A stretch of 64,000 nt of DNA from Gammaproteobacteria bacterium (GTDB taxonomy: Bacteria > Pseudomonadota > Gammaproteobacteria > Pseudomonadales > Pseudohongiellaceae), in the NCBI GenBank assembly GCA_038148755.1, contig JAYQWA010000006.1, positions 1,782-65,781 on the forward strand, in the 5' to 3' direction. Shown here in pieces: positions 29,548 to 39,900 of the stretch. Made by a program: the position numbers and the translations under genes. Position 1 is the stretch's first letter. Each line of letters starts with the position of its first letter. The notes beneath the pieces are model-generated. The model was not told where the DNA came from and ran no database searches. It saw nothing but the letters and a program-made list of their open reading frames with translations.

Positions 29548-31608
29548 TTATGAATCACCCCATTCTGAAAGTAAGCTTTTCGCTTCTGCGACCTGAGCAT
29601 CATTTCCTTCGGCAATAACTTCATTGAGTATTTCTTTGGCCCCTGCCAGATCATCCATTGCCTGAAAAGCCACGGCCAGATCGAGTTTGGTTGAGACTTC
29701 ATCCTGATCTGTAATAATTTCCAGTTCTTCTTCATCACTTTCATCAAAGGCGATTGCATCATCCAATCCCAGATTACCCAGGGAGGAAGATCCAGTTTTC
29801 TCGGGATTTTCCTCAGCGCTGTCCTCATCTTCATTCTCGTCTTCGTCGAGAAATTCTATTTCATTAAAGGCATCACTATCGTCGTCATCCAAATCCAGAA
29901 CAATTTCATCTTCATCCTCTTCAGAGTCGATATCAACATCCCCCAGAAAATCTTCCAAATCCTCATCTGCAATATCCTCTTCACTGACTACTGCTTCACA
30001 TTCATCAGCGGTTACTTCATCTTCGCTTTCATCATCATCCCCAGAAAATTCCGAGTCATCATCCAGACTTTCATCGAAATAATCTTCCTCATCATCTTCT
30101 ATATCAGCTGCCGCAAAATCCTCCAACTCACTTAGTTCGACACTGCCAGCCAACCCTTCTTCATTTTCTTCTTCCTCGGCCAGAATAGTATCGAAACCAT
30201 CTTCCAAGATAGCTTTACGATTACGGGCAATCAGAAAACCAACGACAAGGGCTAATAGGACCACCAAGGCTGAGACCACGCCTAAGGTGCTGCTGATCAG
30301 ATTAGTGATTTGACTAATTAAGCCCGTAGATGGAGGAGGAGAACTTGGCGCAGGCATTGGAGGCTCAGTGACAACTTCTGGCTCTGGAGTAGCAGGGCCT
30401 GTATCTGCTACCACAGCCAAGACTTCAGAATCAGCTGTTTCAGCCTGATTTGCCATTTCCGCCTCTAATTCGGCCATCCGCTGACCTTCTATGGCAATAA
30501 TGTTTTCTAGAATAGCTATTTCTTCTTCAAGGTCATTGAGACGGCTACGTAATTCTTCATTTTCTAACAGGGCCCGATCTAAATTTTCTTCACTAAGCGC
30601 AAGCTCATTTTCCAGATTTGCTATGGTTGCATTCAAATCTGCAATTTCAGCACTTTGGGTGTCATCATCAACAGAATTAACGATACTTAATTCATCACGG
30701 GCGTTGTGGGCGCTGCCTTGGCTGTTGTTGACAGCTAAAGGTTGCGCATTATTATAAAATTGCTGATTTTGGACTGCTACCTGAGTAATGGCCTCTTCCT
30801 GGCTAATAGCATTAATTTCTTCCCGACTTGGTATCCGTAAAACCCGACCAGCCCTGATACCATTTATATTATTATCGATGAAAGCATCACTATTGGTATT
30901 GGCTCTCTGTATAGCAAGCATCATCTGTTGTGCAGATACATCGTTACCTGGCCGGGTTGCCAGCGCAATATTCCATAAGGAATCACCTGTTTGAATGACT
31001 ACGGTTTCAGTTTCTGGCTCAGTATCCATACCACGGGCTGGAGACATTTCATCCAGTGGGGCCTCTGCCACCTGCGGCTGAGTCGGCTCAGGCTGAGACC
31101 TTCTAGCTGGTGGTACAGGCTCAGCTGGCGGTATTGGAGTAGTACGCGCAGGTGTAGGGGCCGGCGCAGGTGTTGGATTCGCACTAAAAGTCGGCAAATC
31201 CAGCAAAACTGTGTATTCCCTTATTACCCGCCCAGAAGGCCAGCGTACATTCAATACAAAATTCAGATAAGGCTCGACAATAGCATCAGCACTGGAAATC
31301 CTGACAAGACCTTCCGAACTCGACAATACCTGAACATCAAACTCTAATTCATTAAGGAGTGGTAATGGCTCAACATCGAAGCGATCAAAATCAGCCTCAG
31401 AGCCTAAAGCCACAAGAATCTGTGACTCATCCAGCCCATCTAGCTCCAATAACTGAATATTAGCAACTAAGGGCTCATTCAAAGCGGATTCCAGCCGGAT
31501 ATCGCCTATAGTAAAAGCCAGAGAAGAATCTGAAAATGATCCAGCAAGAAAGCAGGTAAAAATACCCAGAATTTTCTTGCAATTATTCAGCTTATTTACC
31601 AGCATCAT
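29548..31608 (-). CDS. fimV: FimV/HubP-family polar landmark protein
   Basis: 686 aa. Signal/TM segment, FimV N-terminal domain, Pro-rich linker, LysM (VVIQTGDSLWNIA...GRVLRIP), coiled coil, TM helix, extremely acidic region and a C-terminal FimV motif (LDLAVAFQAMDDLAGAKEILNEVIAEG). Located between asd and truA, as in Pseudomonas. Confidence 0.82.
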   Translation of the reverse strand: MMLVNKLNNCKKILGIFTCFLAGSFSDSSLAFTIGDIRLESALNEPLVANIQLLELDGLDESQILVALGSEADFDRFDVEPLPLLNELEFDVQVLSSSEGLVRISSADAIVEPYLNFVLNVRWPSGRVIREYTVLLDLPTFSANPTPAPAPTPARTTPIPPAEPVPPARRSQPEPTQPQVAEAPLDEMSPARGMDTEPETETVVIQTGDSLWNIALATRPGNDVSAQQMMLAIQRANTNSDAFIDNNINGIRAGRVLRIPSREEINAISQEEAITQVAVQNQQFYNNAQPLAVNNSQGSAHNARDELSIVNSVDDDTQSAEIADLNATIANLENELALSEENLDRALLENEELRSRLNDLEEEIAILENIIAIEGQRMAELEAEMANQAETADSEVLAVVADTGPATPEPEVVTEPPMPAPSSPPPSTGLISQITNLISSTLGVVSALVVLLALVVGFLIARNRKAILEDGFDTILAEEEENEEGLAGSVELSELEDFAAADIEDDEEDYFDESLDDDSEFSGDDDESEDEVTADECEAVVSEEDIADEDLEDFLGDVDIDSEEDEDEIVLDLDDDDSDAFNEIEFLDEDENEDEDSAEENPEKTGSSSLGNLGLDDAIAFDESDEEELEIITDQDEVSTKLDLAVAFQAMDDLAGAKEILNEVIAEGNDAQVAEAKSLLSEWGDS

Positions 31609-31659
31609 GCCTTCCTTACTGGAAGTGAGAGATTTTTTTAATCGAGCCGGAAGTATTCA

Positions 31660-32682
31660 TTATAAGTGGTTTTTTATCAACTCTTCTGCTATCTGAATTG
31701 AGTTTAAAGCAGCACCTTTTCGTAAATTATCTGACACAATCCACAAATTTAAGCCATTTGGGTGAGAAATATCTTTACGCACACGCCCAACCCAAACCTC
31801 ATCATGGTCTGTGCCTTCTCCAATTGCCGTCGGATAGCCGCCATCTTCACGCTTATCCAGCACCTTCACACCTGAGGCTTTCCTTAATAAAGCATGGGCA
31901 TCCTCTACCGAAATAGGTATGCCAGTCTCAATATGAACCGCCTCTGAATGCGAATAGAACACCGGCACACGGACACAGGTGGGATTCACCGTGATGTCAT
32001 TGTCTCCAAAGATTTTTTTGGTTTCCCAAACCATTTTCATTTCCTCTTTGGTATAGCCGTTATCCATAAAGACATCAATTTGCGGCAACACGTTAAAGGC
32101 TATCTGTTTGGGGTACACTTCAATTTCAGCTTTCAAACCGTTCAGCAGTTTTGCTGTCTGCCCCGCCAACTCATCAATTGCCTCTTTACCAGTGCCTGAA
32201 ACCGATTGGTAGGTCGCCACATTGATGCGTTTTATGCCTACTGCATCATAGATAGGCTTCAATGCAACGAGCATTTGTATGGTCGAACAGTTGGGGTTGG
32301 CAATTATATTCTGGTTTTTGTAGTCAGCTATGGTTTCAGGGTTAACTTCCGGCACGACCAGAGGGATATCCTCCTCGTAACGGAAGTGTGACGTGTTATC
32401 AATGACAATACAGCCTGCTGCCGCTGCAATCGGCGCATACTTTGCAGAGACAGAGCCACCGGCAGAAAACAGCCCGATTTGCACCTTTGAAAAGTCAAAA
32501 TCAGCAATATTTTCAACAGTATACTGCTTTTTATTAAAGCTCATTGTCTCACCAGCACTACGCTCACTGGCCAGCAAATACAAATTGTTCACAGGGAACT
32601 TACGCTGCTCAAGAATACGCAGCATAACGCCTCCGACAGCGCCAGTTGCACCAACAATAGCTACATCATATTTTTCACTCAT
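31660..32682 (-). CDS. asd: Aspartate-semialdehyde dehydrogenase
   Basis: 340 aa. NAD-binding motif VAIVGATGAVG, active-site Cys in ANPNCSTI, His in YSHSEAV. Confidence 0.9.
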   Translation of the reverse strand: MSEKYDVAIVGATGAVGGVMLRILEQRKFPVNNLYLLASERSAGETMSFNKKQYTVENIADFDFSKVQIGLFSAGGSVSAKYAPIAAAAGCIVIDNTSHFRYEEDIPLVVPEVNPETIADYKNQNIIANPNCSTIQMLVALKPIYDAVGIKRINVATYQSVSGTGKEAIDELAGQTAKLLNGLKAEIEVYPKQIAFNVLPQIDVFMDNGYTKEEMKMVWETKKIFGDNDITVNPTCVRVPVFYSHSEAVHIETGIPISVEDAHALLRKASGVKVLDKREDGGYPTAIGEGTDHDEVWVGRVRKDISHPNGLNLWIVSDNLRKGAALNSIQIAEELIKNHL

Positions 32683-32708
32683 TTACTCTATTTCTCTCCA
32701 ATTCAACG

Positions 32709-32733
32709 AAAAAAGCCGGAAACAGGTTCCGGC
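32709..32733 (-). terminator. Rho-independent terminator after leuD
   Basis: The minus strand reads GCCGGAAcctgtTTCCGGC followed by TTTTTT. It lies 24 nt after the leuD stop and only 27 nt before the asd ATG. Confidence 0.7.
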
Positions 32734-32756
32734 AAAATCAATTAACCTATTGTTTC

Positions 32757-33395
32757 TTATAGGAAAAGCCAGGGTGACTTGCTTTTCCACTGTGTTTCAA
32801 ATGCCTTGATATCATCAGCATGCTGCAGGGTCAGGCTGATGTCATCCAGACCATTGAGCAATACGTTCTTGCGAGCCTCTTCTATTTTAAAATGAATGCT
32901 TGAACCATCCGCCAGAATAATTTGCTGCTCCGGCAGATTAACTTCCAGTTCAAAGCCTTCCTGAGCAGCGACAGCTTTAAATAAATAGTCTACTATTTCT
33001 TCTTTTAAAACAATAGGTAATATCCCATTCTTAAAGCAATTATTGAAGAAAATATCGGCAAAACTGGGTGCGATAATACAACGGATTCCGTAATCATCAA
33101 GTGCCCATGGCGCATGCTCTCTGCTGGAACCACAGCCAAAATTTTCACGCGCCAGTAAAATTTTGCCTCCTTGATAACGCGGCTGGTTCAAAACAAAATC
33201 AGGATTTAGGGGGCGATTGTCACAGGGCTGATCTGGCAGGCCTTTATCAAGATAACGCGCCTCATCAAACAAGTTTTTACCGAAACCAGTCCGTTTAATA
33301 GATTTCAGAAACTGCTTGGGAATTATGTAGTCTGTATCCACATTAGCTCTATCCAGTGGAATCACTATACCTTGTTCTTTAATAAACTTTTTCAT
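32757..33395 (-). CDS. leuD: 3-isopropylmalate dehydratase small subunit
   Basis: 212 aa. Motifs [13 protein letters not shown] and [16 protein letters not shown]. Confidence 0.95.
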   Translation of the reverse strand: MKKFIKEQGIVIPLDRANVDTDYIIPKQFLKSIKRTGFGKNLFDEARYLDKGLPDQPCDNRPLNPDFVLNQPRYQGGKILLARENFGCGSSREHAPWALDDYGIRCIIAPSFADIFFNNCFKNGILPIVLKEEIVDYLFKAVAAQEGFELEVNLPEQQIILADGSSIHFKIEEARKNVLLNGLDDISLTLQHADDIKAFETQWKSKSPWLFL

Positions 33396-33436
33396 GCTTC
33401 TATGATGTCCTTGGTTTTAGCTTTAGAAGGTCTCAA

Positions 33437-34864
33437 TCAATGTAATTCCAGGCTTCGTACATCAATAAAATGCCCTGTTACAGCTGCTGCTGCAGCCATT
33501 GCCGGGCTCACCAGATGAGTCCGACCACCAAAGCCCTGACGTCCTTCAAAATTACGGTTGGATGTTGAAGCACAATGCTCCCCTTCACCCAATTGATCAG
33601 CATTCATTGCCAGACACATGGAGCAGCCCGGTTCACGCCATTGCAGGCCTGCTTCTATAAATATTTTGTCCAGACCCTCTTTCTCAGCCTGCGCTTTGAC
33701 CAGCCCGGAACCCGGAACAACCAGTGCTTCCTTGATATTTTCAGCCAGCTTGCGTCCTTTAACAACAGCAGCAGCAGCTCTCAAGTCTTCAATGCGGGAA
33801 TTGGTGCAGGAACCAATAAAAACTCGATCAAGTTTAATATCTCGAATCGGCATATTGGCTTCAAGCCCCATGTATTTAAGAGCCTGCTCATAGTTACCGC
33901 GTTTAGCTTCACTCTTCACCTGACTTGGATCCGGTATTGATGCACTTACTGCAACAACCATTTCAGGTGAAGTTCCCCAACTTACCTGGGGCTCAATTTC
34001 TGCAGCCTCCAGCTCGACCACCTTGTCGAATACCGCATCCTCATCGCTACGCAATTCCAGCCAGGCAGCTTCTGCGCTGTTCCAAAGCTCACCTGTCGGT
34101 GAAAATGGGCGACCTTTCACATAATTAATTGTTTTTTCATCAACAGCAATAAGGCCTGCCCTGGCCCCAGCCTCAATTGCCATGTTACAGACTGTCATAC
34201 GACCTTCCACAGAGAGCGCTTTAACGGCGTCACCACCAAATTCGATGGTATACCCTGTACCACCAGCTGTGCCGATTTTTCCTATAATAGCCAGGACCAT
34301 ATCCTTAGCGGTCACACCAACACCCAACTCACCATTGACTTTGATCAGCATGTTTTTGGCTTTTTTCTGCTGCAAACATTGCGTTGCCAGCACATGCTCC
34401 ACTTCGGAAGTACCTATGCCATGAGCCAGAGAACCTAAAGCGCCATGTGTTGAAGTATGGGAATCACCACAAACAATGGTCATTCCAGGCTGAGTACGCC
34501 CCTGTTCAGGCCCAATAACATGGACGATGCCATGACGCGGATCATCAATAGTAAATTCATTAATAGCAAATTCACTGCAGTTAGCATCAAGAGACTTAAC
34601 CTGAATTCTGGAAACCGGATCAACAATGCCTTCTACTCCCTGCGCCCTTTCTGTCAGGGTTGTGGGCACATTATGATCAGGTGTCGCCATGTTGGCATCT
34701 GCCCGCCAGGGTCGGCGCTGCGCCAGACGTAAACCTTCAAAGGCCTGAGGAGAGGTCACTTCGTGAATATATTGCAAATCAATATAGATTAGTGAAGTGC
34801 CATCATCGAGGTCTTTTACCAGATGGTTTTCCCATATTTTGTCGTAGAGAGTCTTACCAGCCAT
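33437..34864 (-). CDS. leuC: 3-isopropylmalate dehydratase large subunit
   Basis: 475 aa. Motifs [27 protein letters not shown] and the Fe-S Cys motif GCSMCL. Confidence 0.97.
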   Translation of the reverse strand: MAGKTLYDKIWENHLVKDLDDGTSLIYIDLQYIHEVTSPQAFEGLRLAQRRPWRADANMATPDHNVPTTLTERAQGVEGIVDPVSRIQVKSLDANCSEFAINEFTIDDPRHGIVHVIGPEQGRTQPGMTIVCGDSHTSTHGALGSLAHGIGTSEVEHVLATQCLQQKKAKNMLIKVNGELGVGVTAKDMVLAIIGKIGTAGGTGYTIEFGGDAVKALSVEGRMTVCNMAIEAGARAGLIAVDEKTINYVKGRPFSPTGELWNSAEAAWLELRSDEDAVFDKVVELEAAEIEPQVSWGTSPEMVVAVSASIPDPSQVKSEAKRGNYEQALKYMGLEANMPIRDIKLDRVFIGSCTNSRIEDLRAAAAVVKGRKLAENIKEALVVPGSGLVKAQAEKEGLDKIFIEAGLQWREPGCSMCLAMNADQLGEGEHCASTSNRNFEGRQGFGGRTHLVSPAMAAAAAVTGHFIDVRSLELH

Positions 34865-34892
34865 ATGTCGCTCTTTTTAGGTTCAATTAATA

Positions 34893-35990
34893 TCAAACAG
34901 AAGATGGCAAGACTGGCGTCTTGCAATCCACATCCAAATTCTGTGCCCGATGACGTAATAAGTGATCTATCAGCGTTATAGCCATCATCGCTTCTGCTAT
35001 GGGGGTTGCACGGATTCCTACACAAGGATCATGCCTGCCGGTGGTCACAACTTCTGTCGCTTTACCATCCACATCAATGGTTTCCCCCGCAATCCGCAGG
35101 CTTGAAGTAGGCTTTAGCGCTATATTCACTACGATATCCTGCCCCGTGGAAATTCCTCCCACAATGCCACCGGCATTATTAGTAACAAAACCTTCAGGAT
35201 GCATCAAATCACGGTGTTCCGTGCCTTTTTGCTCTACCGAAGCAAATCCAGATCCTATTTCAACGCCTTTGACAGCATTGATGCTCATGAGACTATGTGC
35301 CAGTTCAGCATCCAGACGGTCAAATACAGGCTCTCCAAGCCCCACCGGCACAGAACTGGCAACTACAGTAATTTTAGCGCCAATAGAGTTACCTTCCTTG
35401 GATAATTTCCTCATATATTCTTCCATTTCAGAGACCTTGCTGGCATCGGGGCAGAAAAAGGGATTATTTCTTACCTCGTCCCAATCAAGCTGTTCTGCCT
35501 TGATAGGCCCCAGCTGTGACAGATAGCCGCGAACTAATACGCCATGCTTCTCTATCAGATACTTTTTGGCAATAGCGCCCGCAGCAACACGCATAGCTGT
35601 TTCACGCGCCGACGAACGCCCTCCCCCTCGATAATCACGTATGCCGTATTTTTGAGCATAGGTGTAATCTGCATGTGCCGGCCGAAAAACATTTTTAATA
35701 TTGCTGTAATCCTTACTTTTTTGATCAGTGTTTTCGATCAGCATGCCAATAGGCGCACCTGTCGTCCTGCCTTCAAACACACCTGAAAGAATTTTCACCT
35801 GATCAGCCTCTTTGCGCTGCGTTGTAAATCGGGAGGTTCCAGGTTTACGACGATTCAGATCTTCCTGTATATAAGCCTCATCTATTTCAAGTCCCGGCGG
35901 GCAACCATCAACAATACAGCCAAGCGCAGGCCCGTGGCTTTCGCCAAAGCTTGTTACGGAAAAAAGTTTGCCTATGGTATTACCGGACAT
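34893..35990 (-). CDS. aroC: Chorismate synthase
   Basis: 365 aa. Motifs [30 protein letters not shown] and RHDPCV. Confidence 0.97.
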   Translation of the reverse strand: MSGNTIGKLFSVTSFGESHGPALGCIVDGCPPGLEIDEAYIQEDLNRRKPGTSRFTTQRKEADQVKILSGVFEGRTTGAPIGMLIENTDQKSKDYSNIKNVFRPAHADYTYAQKYGIRDYRGGGRSSARETAMRVAAGAIAKKYLIEKHGVLVRGYLSQLGPIKAEQLDWDEVRNNPFFCPDASKVSEMEEYMRKLSKEGNSIGAKITVVASSVPVGLGEPVFDRLDAELAHSLMSINAVKGVEIGSGFASVEQKGTEHRDLMHPEGFVTNNAGGIVGGISTGQDIVVNIALKPTSSLRIAGETIDVDGKATEVVTTGRHDPCVGIRATPIAEAMMAITLIDHLLRHRAQNLDVDCKTPVLPSSV

Positions 35991-36103
35991 GCTTTACATT
36001 CTCGATAAAGGTCATCAGAAGCTTAAATAAAGGCGCAAGATTATAGTCGAAAAGCCCCCGAAAGTCTCTTAAAAGCTGCGATTCTAAGCAACAGGCTGTA
36101 ACT

Positions 36104-36988
36104 TCAGAAACTGTATTTCTGTAACTGTTTCTTAGTCAAAGCGCATAAGCCCTCACCGCCCTGTTCGAAATCCAGCCAGAGAAATGGGGCATCAGGATAT
36201 AAATCGACAAGAGTTTGCCAGCTATTGCCCACCTCAAGAATCAGTAGCCCCTGAGCATTCAGATAGTTTGCTGCCGTCTGCAAAATTTTTATGGGAATAT
36301 CCAGGCCATTTCTTTCAGATAACAGTGCCATAGCAGGCTCCTGCTTATATTCAGCGGGCAGGTCTTGATATTCCTGCAACCCCACGTAGGGAGGATTACT
36401 CAGAATCAGATCATACGGGCCCTGCAGTTTACTGAAAAGATCAGACTGTTTCGCTTCACAACGACGGCCTAAACCATGTTTGGCAATATTAATTGCAGCA
36501 ACCTCAAGTGCATCTGCAGACAAATCACTCAGTTCTACTTTTGCATCAGGGAATGTTAAAGCCGCTGCCAAACCGATACATCCACTACCACAACACAGAT
36601 CAAGTATACTCTCAGGCTCCTCCTCAAGTAGTGGCTCAAGGCGATTCTGGATTAATTCTCCAAAAGGTGACCGTGGCACAATGACCCTTTCATCCACATA
36701 AAAAGGTAAGGTGGCAAACCAGGCTTCATTCAACAGATAAGCAACCGGCTTCCTTTCCTGAATGCGCCTTTCTAGAAGCTGCTGAAATTCCATTAATATG
36801 CTTTCTTCAATTAACATATCCTCTGATATTGTTTGTACGCCTGAGTTCCTTAACAAACTTTCCAGCAACCAACAGATTTCGTCCCAGGCATTATCGGTAC
36901 CATGACCAAAATATAATTCTTTCTTCTCAAGCTCTTTGCTTGCCAAAGTAATAATCTGTTTTAATGTTTTTTTCGTATTAAACAGCAC
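36104..36988 (-). CDS. prmB: 50S ribosomal protein L3 Gln N5-methyltransferase
   Basis: 294 aa. SAM-binding motif ILDLCCGSGCIG, catalytic NPPY (LSNPPYV). Lies upstream of aroC, as in E. coli. GTG start as tracked. Confidence 0.85.
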   Translation of the reverse strand: MLFNTKKTLKQIITLASKELEKKELYFGHGTDNAWDEICWLLESLLRNSGVQTISEDMLIEESILMEFQQLLERRIQERKPVAYLLNEAWFATLPFYVDERVIVPRSPFGELIQNRLEPLLEEEPESILDLCCGSGCIGLAAALTFPDAKVELSDLSADALEVAAINIAKHGLGRRCEAKQSDLFSKLQGPYDLILSNPPYVGLQEYQDLPAEYKQEPAMALLSERNGLDIPIKILQTAANYLNAQGLLILEVGNSWQTLVDLYPDAPFLWLDFEQGGEGLCALTKKQLQKYSF

Positions 36989-37056
36989 GTGAAACTTTAC
37001 CTTATATACGCATTCGAGTAGGGTGCGCAGTTTACTGAGAAACCATCCTAAAACCC

Positions 37057-37617
37057 ATGAAAAAAGAACATAAAGAACTGGAAAATGCTTACCGGGAAAT
37101 CATTGAAACCCTTGGTGAGGACTTAAACCGACCCGGGCTGAAAGACACACCTGGACGTGCTGCAAAGGCAATGAAATTTCTAACCAAGGGTTATGATCAG
37201 GACATTGACAAAATCATCAACGACGCCCTTTTTCCAACAAGCTCTAATGAAATGGTTATTGTCAAAAATATAGAGCTTTACTCTCTTTGCGAACACCATC
37301 TGTTACCATTTATCGGCAAATGTCACGTTGCCTATCTGCCCAATGGCAAGGTTATAGGCCTTTCCAAGGTGGCACGCATCGTTGATGTCTTTGCCAGACG
37401 TTTGCAGATTCAGGAGCATTTGACCCAGCAAATAGCAGAAACAATCCAGGATAAAACAGGCGCTTTAGGCGTTGGTGTAATTATTGAGTCTCAGCATATG
37501 TGCATGATGATGCGTGGCGTGGAAAAACAGAATTCAGTGATGACCACTTCCTGCATGCTAGGCGCTCTCAGAGATAAACAAAGTACACGTACAGAATTTC
37601 TTTCTCTGATCAATTAG
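37057..37617 (+). CDS. folE: GTP cyclohydrolase I (FolE type 1)
   Basis: 186 aa. Motifs [10 protein letters not shown] and [12 protein letters not shown]. Confidence 0.95.
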   Translation: MKKEHKELENAYREIIETLGEDLNRPGLKDTPGRAAKAMKFLTKGYDQDIDKIINDALFPTSSNEMVIVKNIELYSLCEHHLLPFIGKCHVAYLPNGKVIGLSKVARIVDVFARRLQIQEHLTQQIAETIQDKTGALGVGVIIESQHMCMMMRGVEKQNSVMTTSCMLGALRDKQSTRTEFLSLIN

Positions 37618-37623
37618 TGCTTC

Positions 37624-38118
37624 TTAATATATGTTCGGCATGATAGATAAAACTTCTACACCCAAATCACGCCCAAAGTGATCAAATGAAAGGCCGCATA
37701 GTTCACCAGCAGCCAGTATCTTTTTTGAATAATTAATCTCACCGCTGGTTAGCAAGGTATGGAGCACTGACAGCAAGGGATTATGCCCTATTAACAGTAT
37801 GTTTTGCCGGGTAAATGTTTCAAGGAAGTTAAGTACATTATGGGCTGTACTTTCAGGCCTCAAGACATCCTCACTTTCCAAAGCGCATTTCAAATCAGCT
37901 TCTGCCAGAAATAATTCTGCCGTTTGTTGAGCGCGCTTTAAAGGATTGACAAGACAACGGTCGACTCTATGATTACTCGCGGCATAATGCTCAGCAACAA
38001 AGCCTATGTCTTCAATGCCTTTTGCAGTCAGGCAACGTAAAGCATCTTTGCTCACTTCTGCAGTTGAATTTTGTTCGGCCTGACCATGCCGTAGAAGATA
38101 AATAATCATTCCTGACAC
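37624..38118 (-). CDS. sixA: Phosphohistidine phosphatase SixA
   Basis: 164 aa. Motifs IYLLRHGQAE and LIGHNP. The start is uncertain (GTG 38118 or ATG 38109). Confidence 0.8.
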   Translation of the reverse strand: MSGMIIYLLRHGQAEQNSTAEVSKDALRCLTAKGIEDIGFVAEHYAASNHRVDRCLVNPLKRAQQTAELFLAEADLKCALESEDVLRPESTAHNVLNFLETFTRQNILLIGHNPLLSVLHTLLTSGEINYSKKILAAGELCGLSFDHFGRDLGVEVLSIMPNIY

Positions 38119-38170
38119 TGCGAATGTCTATCTGTATGAATGTGAAAGCACCGGAAATGCTGATCCGGTT

Positions 38171-38647
38171 TTAATCTGTCTTTTTAGACTGCTCATCTTC
38201 ATCATCAGTGTCTTCGGCCTTCTCTGTGAAACTGATATCCGCAAAAATGTCATCTTCAGCATCAGAAACACTTTGCTGTACAGTCACTTCCTCAGCATTT
38301 TCAGGTTCAGCTGACTTTTCTTCTGCTGACTGAGAAGTATTTGCTGTTGCCTCACCTTTTTGCCCAAAAAAGGCATCAAAATCTATAGGTTTTTCATCAC
38401 TTAAATATAAGACATACTGGAGCACCTTTAACAAAAAGTTTCCCAAGCCTTCACTAAAAGTAAGCAGAGCATTATTATTTTCAGCAGTCACTACCCGATG
38501 CAACGACTGCAGAATAATTACGACTAGCAGCAAAACTGCAATGAAGCGCCACAACAAGCCAAAAACTATAATGTACAACAGAACAAAAGCCAGCCTGATC
38601 CACTGCTCCAAAAAATTCTTCTTTATTTGTTCGCCTTGTTCGTTCAT
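38171..38647 (-). CDS. Small membrane protein with acidic tail (DUF4389-like), conserved between gpsA and sixA
   Basis: ATG 38647 is preceded by CGGGAG. Two TM helices (WIRLAFVLLYIIVFGLLW, IAVLLLVVIILQSL), then an E/D-rich C-terminus. The family call rests on recollection only. Confidence 0.45.
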   Translation of the reverse strand: MNEQGEQIKKNFLEQWIRLAFVLLYIIVFGLLWRFIAVLLLVVIILQSLHRVVTAENNNALLTFSEGLGNFLLKVLQYVLYLSDEKPIDFDAFFGQKGEATANTSQSAEEKSAEPENAEEVTVQQSVSDAEDDIFADISFTEKAEDTDDEDEQSKKTD

Positions 38648-38703
38648 ATCAAACTCCCGGTTATTTGACGGTAGCAAAACAAGCTTAACCACATAGACAT
38701 TTT

Positions 38704-39738
38704 CTAGTGATCCAGCTGTTTAGCCGAACCAGCCTCAAACTCTACATCCAAACCGCGTTCCTCTAACAGCAGCGAGCTTATTATATGTTCTATATCCTGA
38801 TTGTTATAGATAATTTCATAAAGACCCTGTGCTAAGGGCATCTCAATACCCAGGCTCTTGGCTTTTCCTATAACCTGTTTCAGAGTATTAACGCCCTCTG
38901 CCACTTGACCAAGCTCAGCCAGAATTTCATCTACACTTTTGCCTTCACCCAAGGCTTTCCCCACTCTGAAATTTCTGCTGAGCGGCGTTGAACAGGTTAC
39001 AATCAAATCGCCTACCCCTGACAGACCCAGGAAAGTCATTGGATCAGCCCCTAAAGCCAAGCCAAAGCGGGCCATCTCTGTCAGGCTGCGGGTTACCAGC
39101 ATTGAGTTGGTGTTGTGCCCCATGCCTCTGGCTTCAGCCATGCCGGCTAAAATGGCATAGATATTTTTCAGAGAACCACCTAATTCGACGCCAAACATAT
39201 CGTCATTGGCATAAACGCGGAAGGTCAAGGATCTCAGTGTTTTTTGAACAGCTTTTCTCACATCAGCATCCTTGCTGGCTACAACTGCCCCTGTGGGGGT
39301 TGAGTTGGCAATTTCTTTTGCCAGGTTAGGACCACTGACTACAGCGACTTTAGCCGTCGGAACTTCTTCCTTCAGAATCTGGCTCATCAATTTAAAGGTC
39401 TCTGCTTCAATCCCTTTGGTCAGACTGATCAGGATAACGCCTTTTTTTACAAAGGGGCGTATCTGCCTGACAACTTCCCTGAAACCTGAACTGGGCACCG
39501 CCACAAACACCATATCGGCTTCAGCCACCGCCTGTTCCAGGTTTTGGGTCGCCGTTATTTTGTCATGTAGTGTAAAACCAGGAAGATAGGCCGGATTTTC
39601 ACGATCCCGGTTTAGTGTTTCTGCCTGATCCGCATCACGCATCCAGAGAAAGGTATTGTGTCCATTTTGAGCAATGATATTGGCAATGACGGTACCAAAA
39701 CTGCCTCCTCCTAAAACTGCGACGTTCTTGGCTTTCAT
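38704..39738 (-). CDS. gpsA: NAD(P)H-dependent glycerol-3-phosphate dehydrogenase
   Basis: 344 aa. Motifs VLGGGSFGT, GPNLAKE, GGSLKN and GDLIVTC. Confidence 0.95.
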   Translation of the reverse strand: MKAKNVAVLGGGSFGTVIANIIAQNGHNTFLWMRDADQAETLNRDRENPAYLPGFTLHDKITATQNLEQAVAEADMVFVAVPSSGFREVVRQIRPFVKKGVILISLTKGIEAETFKLMSQILKEEVPTAKVAVVSGPNLAKEIANSTPTGAVVASKDADVRKAVQKTLRSLTFRVYANDDMFGVELGGSLKNIYAILAGMAEARGMGHNTNSMLVTRSLTEMARFGLALGADPMTFLGLSGVGDLIVTCSTPLSRNFRVGKALGEGKSVDEILAELGQVAEGVNTLKQVIGKAKSLGIEMPLAQGLYEIIYNNQDIEHIISSLLLEERGLDVEFEAGSAKQLDH

Positions 39739-39900
39739 AACTCCTCAAAACAGCTCTGTAATGATATCTGTAAGCAATGCTTACTTTGGGGCGGAAGATA
39801 ACAGCTATACCCTTACAAAACCAGCATGGCTTAATTGCGGCCCTATGCGTCATGCTATAGAATCGCAGGCCCGCCAAAGGTCGAACTAAGCAGGTGTTAT

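Noticed and set aside
29541-29834. 97-aa same-strand alternative-frame ORF inside the acidic C-terminal region of fimV.
   Set aside because: It is a frame-shifted reading of a GAn/GAT-rich acidic repeat, giving Lys/Met/Trp-rich nonsense. It has no independent signals.
34999-35526. Long antisense ORF (175 aa) opposite aroC. Similar ones lie opposite sucB (59809-60258, 149 aa), sucC (56552-56962, 136 aa), asd (32393-32809, 138 aa), topA (6841-7269, 142 aa) and cvpA (22841-23209, 122 aa).
   Set aside because: Each lies entirely inside a highly conserved, confidently identified gene on the other strand. The translations are low-complexity (Ser/Pro/Ala/Thr-rich) with no recognisable motifs, no SD sequence and no plausible start context. 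These are typical shadow ORFs.
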